A stretch of DNA of 64,000 nt from Eledone cirrhosa. Taxonomy: Eukaryota. The stretch covers positions 161,262,001-161,326,000 of the forward strand of contig OZ024743.1 in the NCBI GenBank assembly GCA_964016885.1. Reading direction: 5' to 3'. This document shows, piece after piece, positions 63,661 to 64,000 of this stretch. The notes under the pieces are model-generated. The model made no database searches. It saw only the letters and a list, made by a program, of their open reading frames with translations, and was not told where the DNA came from. Position numbers and translations under genes: made by a program. Numbering within the stretch: the first letter of the stretch is position 1; each line of letters opens with the position of its first letter.

Positions 63661-64000
63661 AGACCTGAAAGTAGCAGAAACTATTTATATCTAGTATTGG
63701 TCTTGCTGATCTTTTCTCTCTCAAACTGGTGCTTACAGAGCTGAGGTTTCATTATGTTCTTGTGAGATCTCACACAATTGTGTAAGATCATTACTTTGTG
63801 GGGGTTGACTCTGTATGTTGGTTGAGTTTGATAATCACCCAATGCCTACCATGAGACTCAATGCTGAATAAACAGTTCTAGGAAAAGGTTTCTACTGTAT
63901 TTTCTCTATACATGAATATAAAAACCAGCACTCTTGGTTAATTTTACAGTATGCAACTGCTCACAAAACGTCTGCTGTTTCTACCCATTTGGAAGTGGAA

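Noticed and set aside
75-63724. Numerous short ORFs rich in YI/HT/CV/poly-S
   Set aside because: They are translations of TA, CA, TG and TTC microsatellites or antisense frames of transposons, with no protein-family signal.

Overview
AT-rich, microsatellite-dense animal genomic DNA; the SINE/LINE content suggests a cephalopod, probably octopus (inference). The only host coding sequence I can support is two small + strand exons of a conventional protein kinase C gene (PKC-alpha/beta-like, C1A domain): a 32-nt exon at 2986-3017 and an 83-nt exon at 48937-49019, joined by a 45.9-kb GT-AG intron. Almost everything else is intronic transposon sequence: many decayed RTE-clade LINEs, two SINE families, a near-complete 5.56-kb Rep/Pif1 Helitron and two non-autonomous Helitrons, Penelope-like GIY-YIG fragments, Tc1/mariner, Chapaev3-like and I-group fragments, MITEs and minisatellites. 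The most notable unannotated structure is at the RNA level. (i) There are several type-I hammerhead ribozyme motifs; two have intact cores on the pre-mRNA strand (2464-2533, 62130-62188), and three belong to a 411-nt tandem/inverted retrozyme-like repeat split by the Helitron. (ii) A ~200-bp inverted-repeat pair brackets the 32-nt PKC micro-exon, and one arm carries an AG|GTAAGT motif. All calls come from reading the sequence; no searches or folding were run, and boundaries of decayed elements are approximate.
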